This document shows positions 1 to 9,913 of a stretch of DNA of 64,000 nucleotides, in pieces. This DNA is from Armatimonadota bacterium (GTDB lineage Bacteria > Armatimonadota > SYMT01), in assembly GCA_046292385.1 (NCBI GenBank), contig JBKBRF010000005.1, positions 135,744-199,743 on the forward strand, given 5' to 3'. The notes under the pieces are model-generated. The model was not told the DNA's origin and made no database searches. It was given only the letters and a program-made list of their open reading frames with translations. Both the position numbers and the translations under genes were made by a program. The first letter of the stretch is position 1, and each line of letters begins with the position of its first letter.

Positions 1-1252
1 GATCCCACCGGAGCCCGCGCCCGAGCTGCATCGACATGTTCGCCAGGATGCAGGCGGTGGTGGAGATGTGGCCCTGCTCGATGTCGGCCACCGGCTTGCC
101 GCGGCTCTCCACGTTGCGGAGCCAGTCGATCATGTGATGGCGGATCGCGGGGGCGACGTGCCGCTCCAGGTCCTTCTCCGTGCGGTCTTCCGGATACTGG
201 TCCAGCTCCATCGTGACGTCTTTGTGGACCGGAGCCCCCTGCATCGGGATGAAGTCGTAGCCGTTGACGCTCAGCTTCAGCGTGCCCTTGTCTCCGTAGA
301 GGGTGGCGCCCCAGGGGTAGTCCGGATCGTTCGGCCGGCCCCAGGTGCGGTGCTGCCAGATCATCTTCGTGTCGCCGAAGTCGAAGCTGGCGGTCTGGGT
401 GTCGCTGATGTTCGCCTTGCTGTTCGGGTCCATCATGATCCCGCCCATGGAGGTGACTTCGGTGGGCCAGCCGAGGTCGAGCATCCAGCGGACCATGTCG
501 AGCATGTGGATGCACATGTCGCCGACGATGCCGTTCCCGTACTCCATGAAGGCGCGCCAGCTCCGCGGGTGCACCAGGCGGTTGTACGGCCGCATCGGCG
601 CGGGGCCGGTCCACATCTCGTAGTCCAGGTTCGCCGGCGGGGTGGTGTCCGGCGCGTTCTCCCGGGCGCGCATGTGGTAATAGCAGTAGACCTCCGCCAT
701 CGCCACCTTGCCGAGCTTGCCCGCTTTCACGATCGAGTTGCGGGCGTCGACCAGGTGCGGCGTGCTCCGGCGCTGGGTGCCCACCTGCACCACCCGGCCG
801 TGCTTGCGGGCGGCCGCGACCATCGCCTGGCCTTCCACCACGTCGACGCTGATCGGCTTCTGCACGTAGACGTCGGCCCCGGACTGCACCGCCGCGATCA
901 TCGGCAGCGCGTGCCAGTGATCCGGCGTGGCGATCAGCACCAGGTCGAGGTCCTTCTCCTTCAGCATCTCCCGGTAGTCGCCGTAGGTACGCGGCTTCTT
1001 TTTGGAAGCCTGGCGCGTGGCGACCAGGTCGGCGGCCTCGGAGAGCATCTGCCGGTCGACGTCGCAGAGGGAGACGACCTCCACCGGCGCCACCTGGATC
1101 AGGCGGAGCAGGTCGGCCTTACCATACCAGCCGGTGCCGATCAGGCCGACCCGGTGCTTGCGGTCGGCGAGCTCCTCGGAGTACGCGGCGCGTCCCGCCG
1201 CGGAAGTGAGCGCTAACCCGGCCGAGCCGGCGAGCAAGTCACGTCGGTTCAT
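1..1252 (-). CDS. Gfo/Idh/MocA family oxidoreductase with Tat-like signal (3' end runs off the window)
   Basis: Missing from the ORF track; manual translation from ATG at 1252 gives MNRRDLLAG...RVGLIGTGWYG...LVLIATPDHWH...VYVQKP, typical family motifs. Confidence 0.9.
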   Translation of the reverse strand, partial: MNRRDLLAGSAGLALTSAAGRAAYSEELADRKHRVGLIGTGWYGKADLLRLIQVAPVEVVSLCDVDRQMLSEAADLVATRQASKKKPRTYGDYREMLKEKDLDLVLIATPDHWHALPMIAAVQSGADVYVQKPISVDVVEGQAMVAAARKHGRVVQVGTQRRSTPHLVDARNSIVKAGKLGKVAMAEVYCYYHMRARENAPDTTPPANLDYEMWTGPAPMRPYNRLVHPRSWRAFMEYGNGIVGDMCIHMLDMVRWMLDLGWPTEVTSMGGIMMDPNSKANISDTQTASFDFGDTKMIWQHRTWGRPNDPDYPWGATLYGDKGTLKLSVNGYDFIPMQGAPVHKDVTMELDQYPEDRTEKDLERHVAPAIRHHMIDWLRNVESRGKPVADIEQGHISTTACILANMSMQLGRGLRWD

Positions 1253-1359
1253 GTCTGGATCTCCGAAATCGAGAGCCCGTCCCGGCGACGCTGCCGGGGG
1301 CGGGCCACCTGGCAGTTCCCCTTCGCGCCCTCTCTCCCCTGCCTGCGGCGCGCCCGCCG

Positions 1360-2610
1360 TTATTCGTGGCGGAGCGCTTCGATCGGATCGAGCCGGGCGG
1401 CGCGCATCGCCGGGTAGATGCCGAAGAAGACGCCGATGAAGGCGGAGAAGGCGAAGGCGCCGAGCACCGCCCAGAGCGGGAGGTGGACGGCGATGCCGGG
1501 CTGCCCGGCGGTGCCGGTCTCCATCAGCCGCCTGGTGACGGCGCCGACGATCCACGCGGCGCCCGCGCCGATCCCGATGCCCAGCAGACCCCCCACCCCG
1601 GAGACGGTTGCCGACTCGACGAGGAACTGGGAGAGGATGTCGCGCCGCTTCGCTCCCACCGCCTTGCGGATGCCGATCTCGCGGGTTCGCTCCGTCACCG
1701 AGACGAGCATGATGTTCATGATCCCGATGCCGCCCACCAGCAGCGCCATCCCGGCGATACTGCCGAGGACCAGCCCGAACATGTTCAGCACCCGCCCGAT
1801 TGACTGCAGCAGGTTTTCCTGGCTGTCGACACGGAAGCCGGGCGTGTTGTCGTGACGGCGCATCAGGCACTCCCACACCTCGTCGAGCGCCGCGTTGAGC
1901 ACGCCTGCGTCGCGGGGCTGCGCCAGCACCACGCCGACCGCCTCGCTGCCGAGGAACCGCTTGTGGACCGTGGTGATCGGCAGGAGCACCCGCCGGTCGT
2001 CCTGCGTCCCGCCGCCGAGGCCGGACTTCCCCTTCGGCTCCAGGATGCCGACCACCTGGAGCGTGATGCCGGAGACTTCGAGCTCCTGGCCCAGCGGATC
2101 TTCTCCCCGGAAGAGCTCCTTTCGGATCTCATCGCCCAGGACGCAGACCTTGTTCCACGAGTCGAGGTCCTGCTGCGTGAGGGAGCGCCCCCTCGCCAGC
2201 GTGAAGTTCCGGATATGGAGGTAGTCCGGCTGCACGCCCGCCGGGGAGACCTCCATCTCGCGGTCGCGATAGCGCGCCAGGGCGTTGTCTCCCAGCGGCA
2301 TCTCCGCCGAGATGTTCTTCAGCAGCGCGCACTCCGCTTCGATCGCGCGCACGTCGTCCATCGTCATGCTGTCGAGGCGCCGGAACTCGCCCCGCTGCTC
2401 TTCCCGGTCCGGATCGTAGACGATGATGATCAGGTCCGAGCCGAGCCGCTCGAACTCCTGGACGATGGCGTAGCGGGCGCCCTCAACGATGCTCACCATG
2501 ATGATCACCGTGCTCACGCCGATGATGATTCCGAGCATGGTGAGGGCGGTCCGGAGCTTGTTGGTCCGGAGGTTGAAGAGAGCGGCCTGGATCGCCCGCA
2601 GGAAGTTCAT
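1360..2610 (-). CDS. ABC transporter permease, MacB/FtsX family
   Basis: LRTALTMLGIIIG, GGIGIMNIMLVSVTERTREIGIRKAVGA and PAMRAARLDPIEALRHE signatures. Confidence 0.95.
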   Translation of the reverse strand: MNFLRAIQAALFNLRTNKLRTALTMLGIIIGVSTVIIMVSIVEGARYAIVQEFERLGSDLIIIVYDPDREEQRGEFRRLDSMTMDDVRAIEAECALLKNISAEMPLGDNALARYRDREMEVSPAGVQPDYLHIRNFTLARGRSLTQQDLDSWNKVCVLGDEIRKELFRGEDPLGQELEVSGITLQVVGILEPKGKSGLGGGTQDDRRVLLPITTVHKRFLGSEAVGVVLAQPRDAGVLNAALDEVWECLMRRHDNTPGFRVDSQENLLQSIGRVLNMFGLVLGSIAGMALLVGGIGIMNIMLVSVTERTREIGIRKAVGAKRRDILSQFLVESATVSGVGGLLGIGIGAGAAWIVGAVTRRLMETGTAGQPGIAVHLPLWAVLGAFAFSAFIGVFFGIYPAMRAARLDPIEALRHE

Positions 2611-2634
2611 AGCGGTAAGGGAGCCGGAGCGGCC

Positions 2635-4347
2635 CTAATCGATGTCGAGGCCTTTGCGGCGGGCGCCGGTAAACGGCAGCGGCTTCACCCGGTCGCCCGG
2701 CTCCAGGCCGTCCAGGATCTCCACATGGCTCTCCCCGCGCAGGCCGACCCGCACCTTCCGGCTCTCCTCCGCGTAGCTCTTCTTCCCATCCTTCCGGGTC
2801 TCCCGGACGACGGTCACGGTGGGGCGGTCGCCGATGCGGGGGACGCACGCTTCAGGGACGCGGAGCACCTCTTTCACCCGGTCGATGACGATGGTGCACC
2901 GGCCGGTCATCCCCGGCTTGAGACGCGGGTCGGGCCGGTCGATCTGCACCTTCACGGCAAACCGGATCACGCTGTTGGATCCGCCGCCCTGCTGCTGCCC
3001 GGCCGCCGCCGCGTCCGCCCCGCTGCCGAGCGCGGCCGGCGCCACCTGGACCACCCGGCCGCGGAAGAGCGCGCCGCGGACGCCGTCGATCCGCACCTCC
3101 ACCGGCAGTCCGACCCGCACCTTGTGGACGTCGACCTCGTTGACGGTCATCCGGACCAGCATCACGGAGAGGTCCGCGATCTGCAGCACCGGCGTGCCGG
3201 ACGAGAAGCTGCTGACGCCGGAGGTGATCAGCTCATCCTGCTCGATGTAGCGGCGGGAGACCACCCCGTCCATCGACGCGATCAGCCGCGTATCCCGCTG
3301 GCGGACTTCCACCTCGCGAAGCTGCTGCTCGAGCTGCTTGACGGCCGCGTGGGCGGAGGCGACGTCGTCTTCCCGCATCCGATCCTGGGTCGTGCCCGCG
3401 CGTGCCGCCGCGAGCTGCGCCCGCGCCTGCTCCACCGCGGCGCGCGCCGCTTCCACCTCCCGCGCCCGGATCGAGACCCGCGACTGGTTCGCGCGCGCCC
3501 GCTCCAGGCCGGCGGTCGCCTCCCGGATACGCGCCTCGGCATCCTGCACCTCCAGCGCTAGCTGCGATTCGATCCGGTCGAGCCGGGCCTTCGCCTGTTC
3601 GCAGCGGGCGCGCGCGGAGACGAGCTGCGCGGCGGCGGTATCGACCTGCTGCTCCGGGGTGAAGCCGCGGGCGCGCAGCTTCCGGAGCCGGAGGAGGTTG
3701 CGGGTGGCGGTCTGCTCCTGAGTCAGCGCGTCCTGGTAGTCGGACCGGGCCTGCACCACCGCCTGCGGCTGCGTGACTTCCTTCAGCAGCGTCGCGCTCG
3801 ACTGCGCCGTCTTGAGCGAGGCGTCGGCCTGGGCGATCTCGCTTGAAGCCAGCTCCGGCTCCGCGCGCGCCTGCTCCTCCGCCACGCGCAGCCGCGCCTC
3901 CGCGGAGTAGAGCGCCTGCGCGAACTGCTGGATGCCGGTGTCGGTCTGGGAGACCTGGAACGTCACGCCGCGCTTCGCCTGCTCGTAGCGCGCCTGCGCA
4001 CCGTCGAGCTGAGCTCGGATCTGCTCCACCTGGCTGTCGATTTCGGTCGGATCGATCTCCGCCAGGAGCTGCCCGGCGCGGACGAAGTCGCCCTCCTCCA
4101 CCAGCAGCTTCTCCACCCGGCCGGCAACCTTGCTCTTGACCTCCACCTTCTTGAGCGGCTCCATCGTGCCGGTCTCGGTCACCGTGACCTCCACCGTGCC
4201 GCGGTCTACCGTTTCAAAGCGAGGTGCCTTCGCCGCGGGCTGCGTCCACGCGCCTACCGCGCGCCAGGCGCCGAACCCGGCTCCGGAGAGCGCCCCGACC
4301 ACCGCCACGATAGCGACCCACTTCCACGGCCTCTTCTGAGTCTTCAC
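2635..4347 (-). CDS. Efflux periplasmic adaptor subunit (MacA/HlyD-like) with long coiled coil
   Basis: N-terminal TM, VEVKSKVAGRVEKLLVEEGDFVRAGQLLAEID lipoyl-like motif, LKPGMT, GLEPGDRV; next to the MacB-type permease. Confidence 0.9.
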   Translation of the reverse strand: MKTQKRPWKWVAIVAVVGALSGAGFGAWRAVGAWTQPAAKAPRFETVDRGTVEVTVTETGTMEPLKKVEVKSKVAGRVEKLLVEEGDFVRAGQLLAEIDPTEIDSQVEQIRAQLDGAQARYEQAKRGVTFQVSQTDTGIQQFAQALYSAEARLRVAEEQARAEPELASSEIAQADASLKTAQSSATLLKEVTQPQAVVQARSDYQDALTQEQTATRNLLRLRKLRARGFTPEQQVDTAAAQLVSARARCEQAKARLDRIESQLALEVQDAEARIREATAGLERARANQSRVSIRAREVEAARAAVEQARAQLAAARAGTTQDRMREDDVASAHAAVKQLEQQLREVEVRQRDTRLIASMDGVVSRRYIEQDELITSGVSSFSSGTPVLQIADLSVMLVRMTVNEVDVHKVRVGLPVEVRIDGVRGALFRGRVVQVAPAALGSGADAAAAGQQQGGGSNSVIRFAVKVQIDRPDPRLKPGMTGRCTIVIDRVKEVLRVPEACVPRIGDRPTVTVVRETRKDGKKSYAEESRKVRVGLRGESHVEILDGLEPGDRVKPLPFTGARRKGLDID

Positions 4348-4534
4348 GATCGTGACCTGCTCCCGGAATGAGAACCACTCCCGTCATGATCACTACAAGC
4401 GGAGCGTGAGAAAAGGTGCGGTAGCACAGTCAGGCGTGACGGAGGGTGCCCGACTGCGCTGCCGCGGTCCACATGGAAGACGCAGCCCGGCGGGGGATGG
4501 ATAGCGGCTCATTCCCCCAGCGCCGAAGGGGCGC

Positions 4535-5251
4535 TCAGTCGCCCCAGACCTGCTTCAGCAGGCGCCCGGCGTCCGGGTCGTGCTCCGCGAGCTCTTCGCG
4601 CACGAACGGGTAGAAGTCGTTCTTTCCGAAGTAGGCCTCGGAGACTTCCGCGAAGTACTCCTGGGGATTGGAAAGGGCGTAGGCCCGCTGCTTCTCGCCG
4701 TTGACGTGCAGGACCGACTCGTAGCGCTTGCCGGCCACCGCCTCCCGGAATGCCTCCCGGATCCCGGCATGCTCGTAACCGAGCACCTGGTGATGGTAGG
4801 CGTGGGCCAGCTCGTGGAGCACCATCGCCGGCTGGGCGACCGACCAGGCAATGAACCGCTCCGCGTTCCCGATCTCCACCGCCCGCGCCTTATCCGGGTT
4901 GTAGCCGTTCTCCCGCAGCCATTCCGCGCTCGGGTGGTACTCCGCGCAGGGGGCGTGTCCGTCGTCGACTCCCAGCCAGATCGGCACCTTTCGCAGCTCG
5001 ACGCACGCTCCGGCCGGGACCACTCGACGGATCTCCTGCAGCTTCGTCGTCAGCAGGCTGAGCGCCCGGTCGCCCAGCTCCTTCCGCTCCCCCAGGAGCG
5101 AGCGGTTCACCCGAACGCTCCAGCCTTCCACCGTGCGGGTCGCGTAGGCCGAAGTCGGCACGAATTCCGGCTTCGGCGCGCCGTGGCCGGAGCCGGCGCC
5201 GAGCGCAGTGAGAGCGAGCGACGCTCCGCAGATCAGAATCCAGATACGCAT
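4535..5251 (-). CDS. Secreted zinc-dependent metallopeptidase (HExxH)
   Basis: Signal peptide MRIWILICGASLALTALGAG; VLHELAHAYH plus downstream NPQEYFAE. Confidence 0.8.
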   Translation of the reverse strand: MRIWILICGASLALTALGAGSGHGAPKPEFVPTSAYATRTVEGWSVRVNRSLLGERKELGDRALSLLTTKLQEIRRVVPAGACVELRKVPIWLGVDDGHAPCAEYHPSAEWLRENGYNPDKARAVEIGNAERFIAWSVAQPAMVLHELAHAYHHQVLGYEHAGIREAFREAVAGKRYESVLHVNGEKQRAYALSNPQEYFAEVSEAYFGKNDFYPFVREELAEHDPDAGRLLKQVWGD

Positions 5252-5384
5252 CTGTCCCCCCTCCCAGCCATCAAGAAACCGCTGCCGGCCCGGCACCGGC
5301 TAACCCGTTCGCTTCCGAGGGTTCGGCGGCCTCCGTGTGCGGTATGCTCTGGAGCGGGAGAGACGCGTGATGAGGGGGATACAG

Positions 5385-6293
5385 ATGGGACCGGTCGCCG
5401 AGATCTGGCCGGACGAGCCGGAGGGGTGGCGCCACGTGCAGATCCCGGGCGACGGGGTAACGCTCCACGGGGTCGCGGCGGGCGAGGGGCCGCTGATCCT
5501 CTTCCTGCACGGGTTCCCGGAGTACTGGTACGCCTGGCGCCGCCAGCTTGCCGAATTCAGCTCCACGCACTGCGCCGTGGCGCTCGATCTCCGCGGCTAT
5601 AACCTCTCCGACAAGCCGGAAGCGGTCGAGGCCTACGCGCTCTCGCACCTGATCGCCGACGTGAAGGCGGTGCTCGACCGCTTGAGCGGCGGGCGGAAGG
5701 CGGTGCTGGTGGGGCACGACTGGGGCGGGGTGCTCGCCTGGCTGCTGGCGGCGCACCATCCGGAGTACCTGGAGCGGCTGGTCATCATCAACGCGCCGCA
5801 CCCCACCCTCTTTGCCCGGGAGCTGGCGCAGAACCCGATGCAGCAGGCGGCCAGCAGCTACATGCTCCTCTTCCGGAGCGCGGCCGCGGAGACGACCCTC
5901 TCCGCTTTCAACTTCGCCGCCCTGCGGAAGGCGGTCTTCGACCTGGCGCGCGCGGGCGCTTTCACCGAGGAAGACCGGCTGCGGTATCTGGAAGCGTGGC
6001 GGCAGCCGGGGGCGCTGACCGGCGGCCTCAACTACTACCGGGCGGCGAAGATCGGCCCCTCGCAGCCGGCCGCGGAGCAGGAGCTGCCGTCGGCGCTGCC
6101 GCGGATCACCGTCCCCACGCTGGTCCTCTGGGGCGAGCGGGATACCGCGCTCCTGTCCGAAAACCTCGAGGGCCTGGGGGAAGTGGTCGAGAGCGTGAAG
6201 GTGGTGCGGCTCCCGGAAGGCACGCACTGGGTGGTGCACGAAGAGCCGGAGCGGATCAACCGGGAGATCCGGGAGTTTCTGGCGCAGGTTTAG
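5385..6293 (+). CDS. Alpha/beta hydrolase, epoxide hydrolase-like
   Basis: LHGFPE, DLRGYNLSDKP, GHDWGG and catalytic His in THWV; start uncertain (5337, 5370 or 5385). Confidence 0.9.
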   Translation: MGPVAEIWPDEPEGWRHVQIPGDGVTLHGVAAGEGPLILFLHGFPEYWYAWRRQLAEFSSTHCAVALDLRGYNLSDKPEAVEAYALSHLIADVKAVLDRLSGGRKAVLVGHDWGGVLAWLLAAHHPEYLERLVIINAPHPTLFARELAQNPMQQAASSYMLLFRSAAAETTLSAFNFAALRKAVFDLARAGAFTEEDRLRYLEAWRQPGALTGGLNYYRAAKIGPSQPAAEQELPSALPRITVPTLVLWGERDTALLSENLEGLGEVVESVKVVRLPEGTHWVVHEEPERINREIREFLAQV

Positions 6294-7059
6294 CCGGTTC
6301 GGCGGCTTCGTTCAGCAGCCACCGCACCCGAACGCGGCCGGGATCGGTCGTCTCCACCCGCACCTCGGCCCGCTCCACGCCACGGAGCTTCAGGAGCTTC
6401 TCCCGCTGCGCCGCCACCTCCTCCGGCCGATAGAACGGCTTCGCCGCTCCCGGCGGCAGCCCCCCCAGCGCGCGGCGGACTCGCTCCTGGACCTCCGGCG
6501 AGCCGCCCTCCAGGACGGTCTCGTCGACCCGGACCTCCAGGATCTCGAAGCGGAGGATGCCGCTGCGGATCGCCTCGTCCAGCAGCTTCTCGGAGACGCG
6601 GGCGACGTAGCCGCGATCGCGGTAGAGCTGCTCGATGGCGGCGATGTCGCGCACCAGCCGCGGCGCGTTCAGCACCTGTCCCCGCTCCGTGCTGATCGCC
6701 CGGTGCAGCGCGCTCTTCTCCACCAGCGTGTTGTTCAGCACCCGCAGGTGCGCCACGCGGGGAAACTCGGCGACCTCGAACGTCACCGTCGCGCCGCCGT
6801 CCGCCGTCCGCGAGCTGGCAGCGACCCGGCGAAAATAGCCGAGAGCGAGCAGTGCCTTGCGGTCGGCTTCCACCTGCTCCGCCTTGAACGGCGCCCCCAT
6901 TTTAAGCGTGAGCGCGTCCCGAAGCAGCGATTCCTCGACGTGCTGCCTCCCCTTGATCTCGATTCCCCGCACCACCACCGGCGCCTGCGCGGCCGCTGGC
7001 AGCGCGGCGCTGCCCAGGAGCGCGAGGGCGACGATGGAGAGGGAGGCGAGGAGCTGCAT
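6256..7059 (-). CDS. Secreted POTRA-domain protein (no beta-barrel)
   Basis: Signal peptide then POTRA-like repeats (VRGIEIKG..LLALGYF; IEQLYRDRGY). Confidence 0.75.
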   Translation of the reverse strand: MQLLASLSIVALALLGSAALPAAAQAPVVVRGIEIKGRQHVEESLLRDALTLKMGAPFKAEQVEADRKALLALGYFRRVAASSRTADGGATVTFEVAEFPRVAHLRVLNNTLVEKSALHRAISTERGQVLNAPRLVRDIAAIEQLYRDRGYVARVSEKLLDEAIRSGILRFEILEVRVDETVLEGGSPEVQERVRRALGGLPPGAAKPFYRPEEVAAQREKLLKLRGVERAEVRVETTDPGRVRVRWLLNEAAEPAKPAPETPGSPG

Positions 7060-7158
7060 AGGAGAGCGGGACGGGCAGCGCGGCGCTGCGGTAACGGCTA
7101 TCACCCTAAGCATACCGGTGCAGTCCGCGGATCATCACCCTGCGAACCCGGTTCGCCT

Positions 7159-9156
7159 CTAGAGAGCCGGCGCGGCCCCCGCGGCCCCCGCTTCCGGGAC
7201 TTCCAGCGCCGGGGGGAGCTCCGGCGGGTGCGGGCAGAGCATGCGTCCGGGGACGTCGGCCTCGATGAAGAGCTCCACGAGGCGGCCGTCGAGCCGGCCG
7301 CGCGCGGCTTCGTCGCGCAGGATCGCGTGCGCTCGCTCGATCGGAAACGCCTTCTTGTAGGGGCGGTCCGCCGCCGTGAGGGCGTCGTAGATATCCGCGA
7401 TCGCCAGGATGCGGGACTGGAGGGGCAGCTCCTCCGCCCACTTCCCGCCCGGGTAGCCGCTGCCGTCGAGCGTCTCGTGGTGATCGCCCGCGTAGACCGG
7501 CACGTTCCGGAGGCGGCGGCTGAAGGGGATCGGCGCCAGCAGCCGGACCGAGATGGCGGCGTGCTCGCGGATGCGGTCCAGCTCCTCCGGCAGCAGCGTG
7601 CCGCGGGCGATGCTGAGATTGCGGACTTCGTCCTGGCTCAGGTAGCGCTGCTCGGCGCCGGCGTCGTCCAGGTAGGTGCGGCTGCCGATCGCCTCGATGC
7701 GCGCCAGTCGCTCGGGGGTCATGAACTCCCCGCCCACGTTGGCGCTCTCCAGGAACGCCAGGTCGCCCGCGAGCTCTTCCAGCCGCGCGGCGAGATCGCG
7801 GTCGAGCGCCTCCAGCCGCTCCGGAGGCGCGCCGCCCTGCACCAGCTCCAGCTTGCGGCGCAGCGCTTCCAGCTCCAGGCCGCGGCGGATGACGGAGAAC
7901 CGGGCGCGGATCTCGTCGATGCGGTCGTACACCGTCTGGAGCTTGGTTGCCTTATCGACCACGTGCTCCGGGATCACCAGCTTGCCGAGGTCGTGCAGAA
8001 GGCCCGCGATGCGCAGCTCGTTCAGCTCGTCCGCGGAGAAGGTGCGGCCTTCCACCCGCTCCGGCCGCTCGTTCACCGCTTCCGCCAGCAGGCACGCCAG
8101 CCGCGTCACGCGCCGGACGTGACCCGCGGTGTAGTGGCTCTTCTCGTCGATGGCGGTCGCCATCGCCTGGAGCAGCCCTTCCAGCAGCGCTTCGAGATCG
8201 TTGATCAGCCGCGCGTTGGTGAGGGCGACTCCCGCCTGCGAGGCGAGGGCGAGCGTCCGCTCCTCGTTCTGCGCCGCGAAGGCGACCACTTCCCGCGTCC
8301 CCGGCTTCTGGGCATTGATGAGCTGCAGGACGCCGATCACCTCGTCCTCGTGGTTGCGGACCGGCACCACCAGCATGGAGCGCGACCGGTAGCCGGTGAG
8401 GCGGTCGTACTTGCGCGGCCCGCTGAAGTCGAAGCCCTCCGCCTCGTAGACGTCCGGGATGTTCACGGTGGCGCCGGTGAGCGCCACGTACGCCGACACG
8501 TTAGCGGGGTTGAGCGGCACCGGCGGGAGATCGATCTTCTCCCCGCTCGCGCCGCCCTGCCGGGTGCCGAGGCTGGCGCACTGCATGATCTCGAAGCGGA
8601 GTACCCGCTCGTCCGGATCGACCAGGTAGAGCGTCCCCGCGTCCGCGTGGCTCAGCGCCCGCGCCTCGTCGACGATCCGCTCCAGCAGCCGGTGCAGGTT
8701 GTGCTCCGCGGAGAGCGCGATGCCGACCTGCGTGAGCCGCTGCAGCTCGGCCGACATGCCGTCGGTGACCTGCTTGAGCCGCGCCAGCGCCGCGCAGTGC
8801 GCGAGCAGCACCTCCGGCGCCACCGGCCGCGGGAGCAGGTCGTCCACCCCCTCCGAGAGCGTGCGCAGGCGCTCCACGGAGAGCCACGGCGGCTGCAGCC
8901 CCAGCACCGGCGTGGAGCGCGGCCGGGAGCGCTCCTTGAGCTGCGCGCAGAGCCGCGACTCGTAAACGTCCGGCGCACCCAGGTCAAGGACGGCCAGATC
9001 GGGCCGCCGCTCCCCCTCCAGCACCACCCGCGCCTCCGCCGCGCTCTCGAACGCGGCCACCTCATAACCCGCGCGAGAGAGCAGCTCTGCCAGCGCGATC
9101 CGCTGGGAGTCGTCCGCATCAACGAGGAGGAGGAGAGGGCGGTAGAAGTCGGACAT
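7159..9156 (-). CDS. REC-GAF-HD-GYP phosphodiesterase (c-di-GMP)
   Basis: Receiver-like N-terminus, GAF (TGYRSRSMLVVPVRN..GVLQLIN), LLHDLGK, HHETLDGSGYP, IADIYDALT..RPYK. Confidence 0.9.
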   Translation of the reverse strand: MSDFYRPLLLLVDADDSQRIALAELLSRAGYEVAAFESAAEARVVLEGERRPDLAVLDLGAPDVYESRLCAQLKERSRPRSTPVLGLQPPWLSVERLRTLSEGVDDLLPRPVAPEVLLAHCAALARLKQVTDGMSAELQRLTQVGIALSAEHNLHRLLERIVDEARALSHADAGTLYLVDPDERVLRFEIMQCASLGTRQGGASGEKIDLPPVPLNPANVSAYVALTGATVNIPDVYEAEGFDFSGPRKYDRLTGYRSRSMLVVPVRNHEDEVIGVLQLINAQKPGTREVVAFAAQNEERTLALASQAGVALTNARLINDLEALLEGLLQAMATAIDEKSHYTAGHVRRVTRLACLLAEAVNERPERVEGRTFSADELNELRIAGLLHDLGKLVIPEHVVDKATKLQTVYDRIDEIRARFSVIRRGLELEALRRKLELVQGGAPPERLEALDRDLAARLEELAGDLAFLESANVGGEFMTPERLARIEAIGSRTYLDDAGAEQRYLSQDEVRNLSIARGTLLPEELDRIREHAAISVRLLAPIPFSRRLRNVPVYAGDHHETLDGSGYPGGKWAEELPLQSRILAIADIYDALTAADRPYKKAFPIERAHAILRDEAARGRLDGRLVELFIEADVPGRMLCPHPPELPPALEVPEAGAAGAAPAL

Positions 9157-9161
9157 GATCT

Positions 9162-9349
9162 CTAAAGGCAGAAGGCTAAAGGCCTCTGAAGGCTAAAGGC
9201 AGAAGGCTAAAGGCTAAAGTTCCGAACCCCCAATTCGTGGGCCGACGCTCGTGAAGCCGCAGGTTAGAGCGTCAACGATTGCACCCCGCGAGCGCCCACG
9301 CCAGGCGGTGGTTCCGCTTTAGCCTTTAGCCTTTTTACTTTTGCCTTTC
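9162..9349. repeat. Inverted pair of AAGGCTA/AAGGCAG heptamer tandem repeats
   Basis: (AAGGCTA/AAGGCAG)n at about 9162-9219 and complementary (TAGCCTT)n-like run at about 9317-9349; same unit recurs near 47057. Confidence 0.8.
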
Positions 9350-9397
9350 AAGATTGCCCTTCAACAGAGAGTGTTCCTGGCCCCGGCGGACGAGGCG

Positions 9398-9670
9398 ATG
9401 GCAGCGGTCCTGCACGTCGCCGCGCTGCTCAACCGCTCGCCCGAGAGCGCCGGCGCCCACGCCCCGGAGGCTGCGGCGCGCACCGACGAGCTGCGCGAGC
9501 TTGCGGACCAGGTAGAACGCCTCCGCGCCGGAGAGATCACCCTAGACGCCGCCGGCAGGGAGTCCCGCATCCAGGAAGTGCTCCGCGAGCTGCGCCAGGA
9601 CGAAGCCGCGCGTCGGGAGCTCTCCCCCGCCGCCGAACCCGAACGGGAGGGGCTGCGACTAGGGGGCTGA
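9398..9670 (+). CDS. Hypothetical small helical protein
   Basis: ORF with plausible composition, GAGG before ATG; no recognised motif. Confidence 0.35.
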   Translation: MAAVLHVAALLNRSPESAGAHAPEAAARTDELRELADQVERLRAGEITLDAAGRESRIQEVLRELRQDEAARRELSPAAEPEREGLRLGG

Positions 9671-9726
9671 GCCGCGATGGGCACGGGAGCAAGATCTCGT
9701 ATTACCCAGGCGATTCCCAGTCAAAG

Positions 9727-9868
9727 GTAGGCCGTGCAAGCACGTCACTCCGCGAAGATTCGGCTGGCGTTTCGCTGCGCTGATCGCTTGGTCGTCCCCG
9801 CGATGTTCTAGCCGGCCGGGAGGCGGTTCTCGCCGCCGGTGCTGCCGGAGTGACGTGCTTGCACGGCC
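9727..9868. repeat. Perfect 23-bp inverted repeat, REPIN/MITE-like
   Basis: GGCCGTGCAAGCACGTCACTCCG (9730-9752) and its exact reverse complement (9846-9868); GTAG at 9727-9730. Confidence 0.8.
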
Positions 9869-9913
9869 CTTCTCCCGGCGTGAAGTCGCCCTCGTGAAGC
9901 GCTGCGTAACCCT

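Noticed and set aside
68..1216. 382-aa plus-strand ORF
   Set aside because: Antisense shadow of the minus-strand Gfo/Idh/MocA gene, which has clear family motifs.
1852..3561. Long antisense or alternative-frame ORFs here and at 6703-9165, 36625-38910, 39968-42046, 42983-44920
   Set aside because: Typical high-GC shadow ORFs opposite well-supported genes; no motifs.
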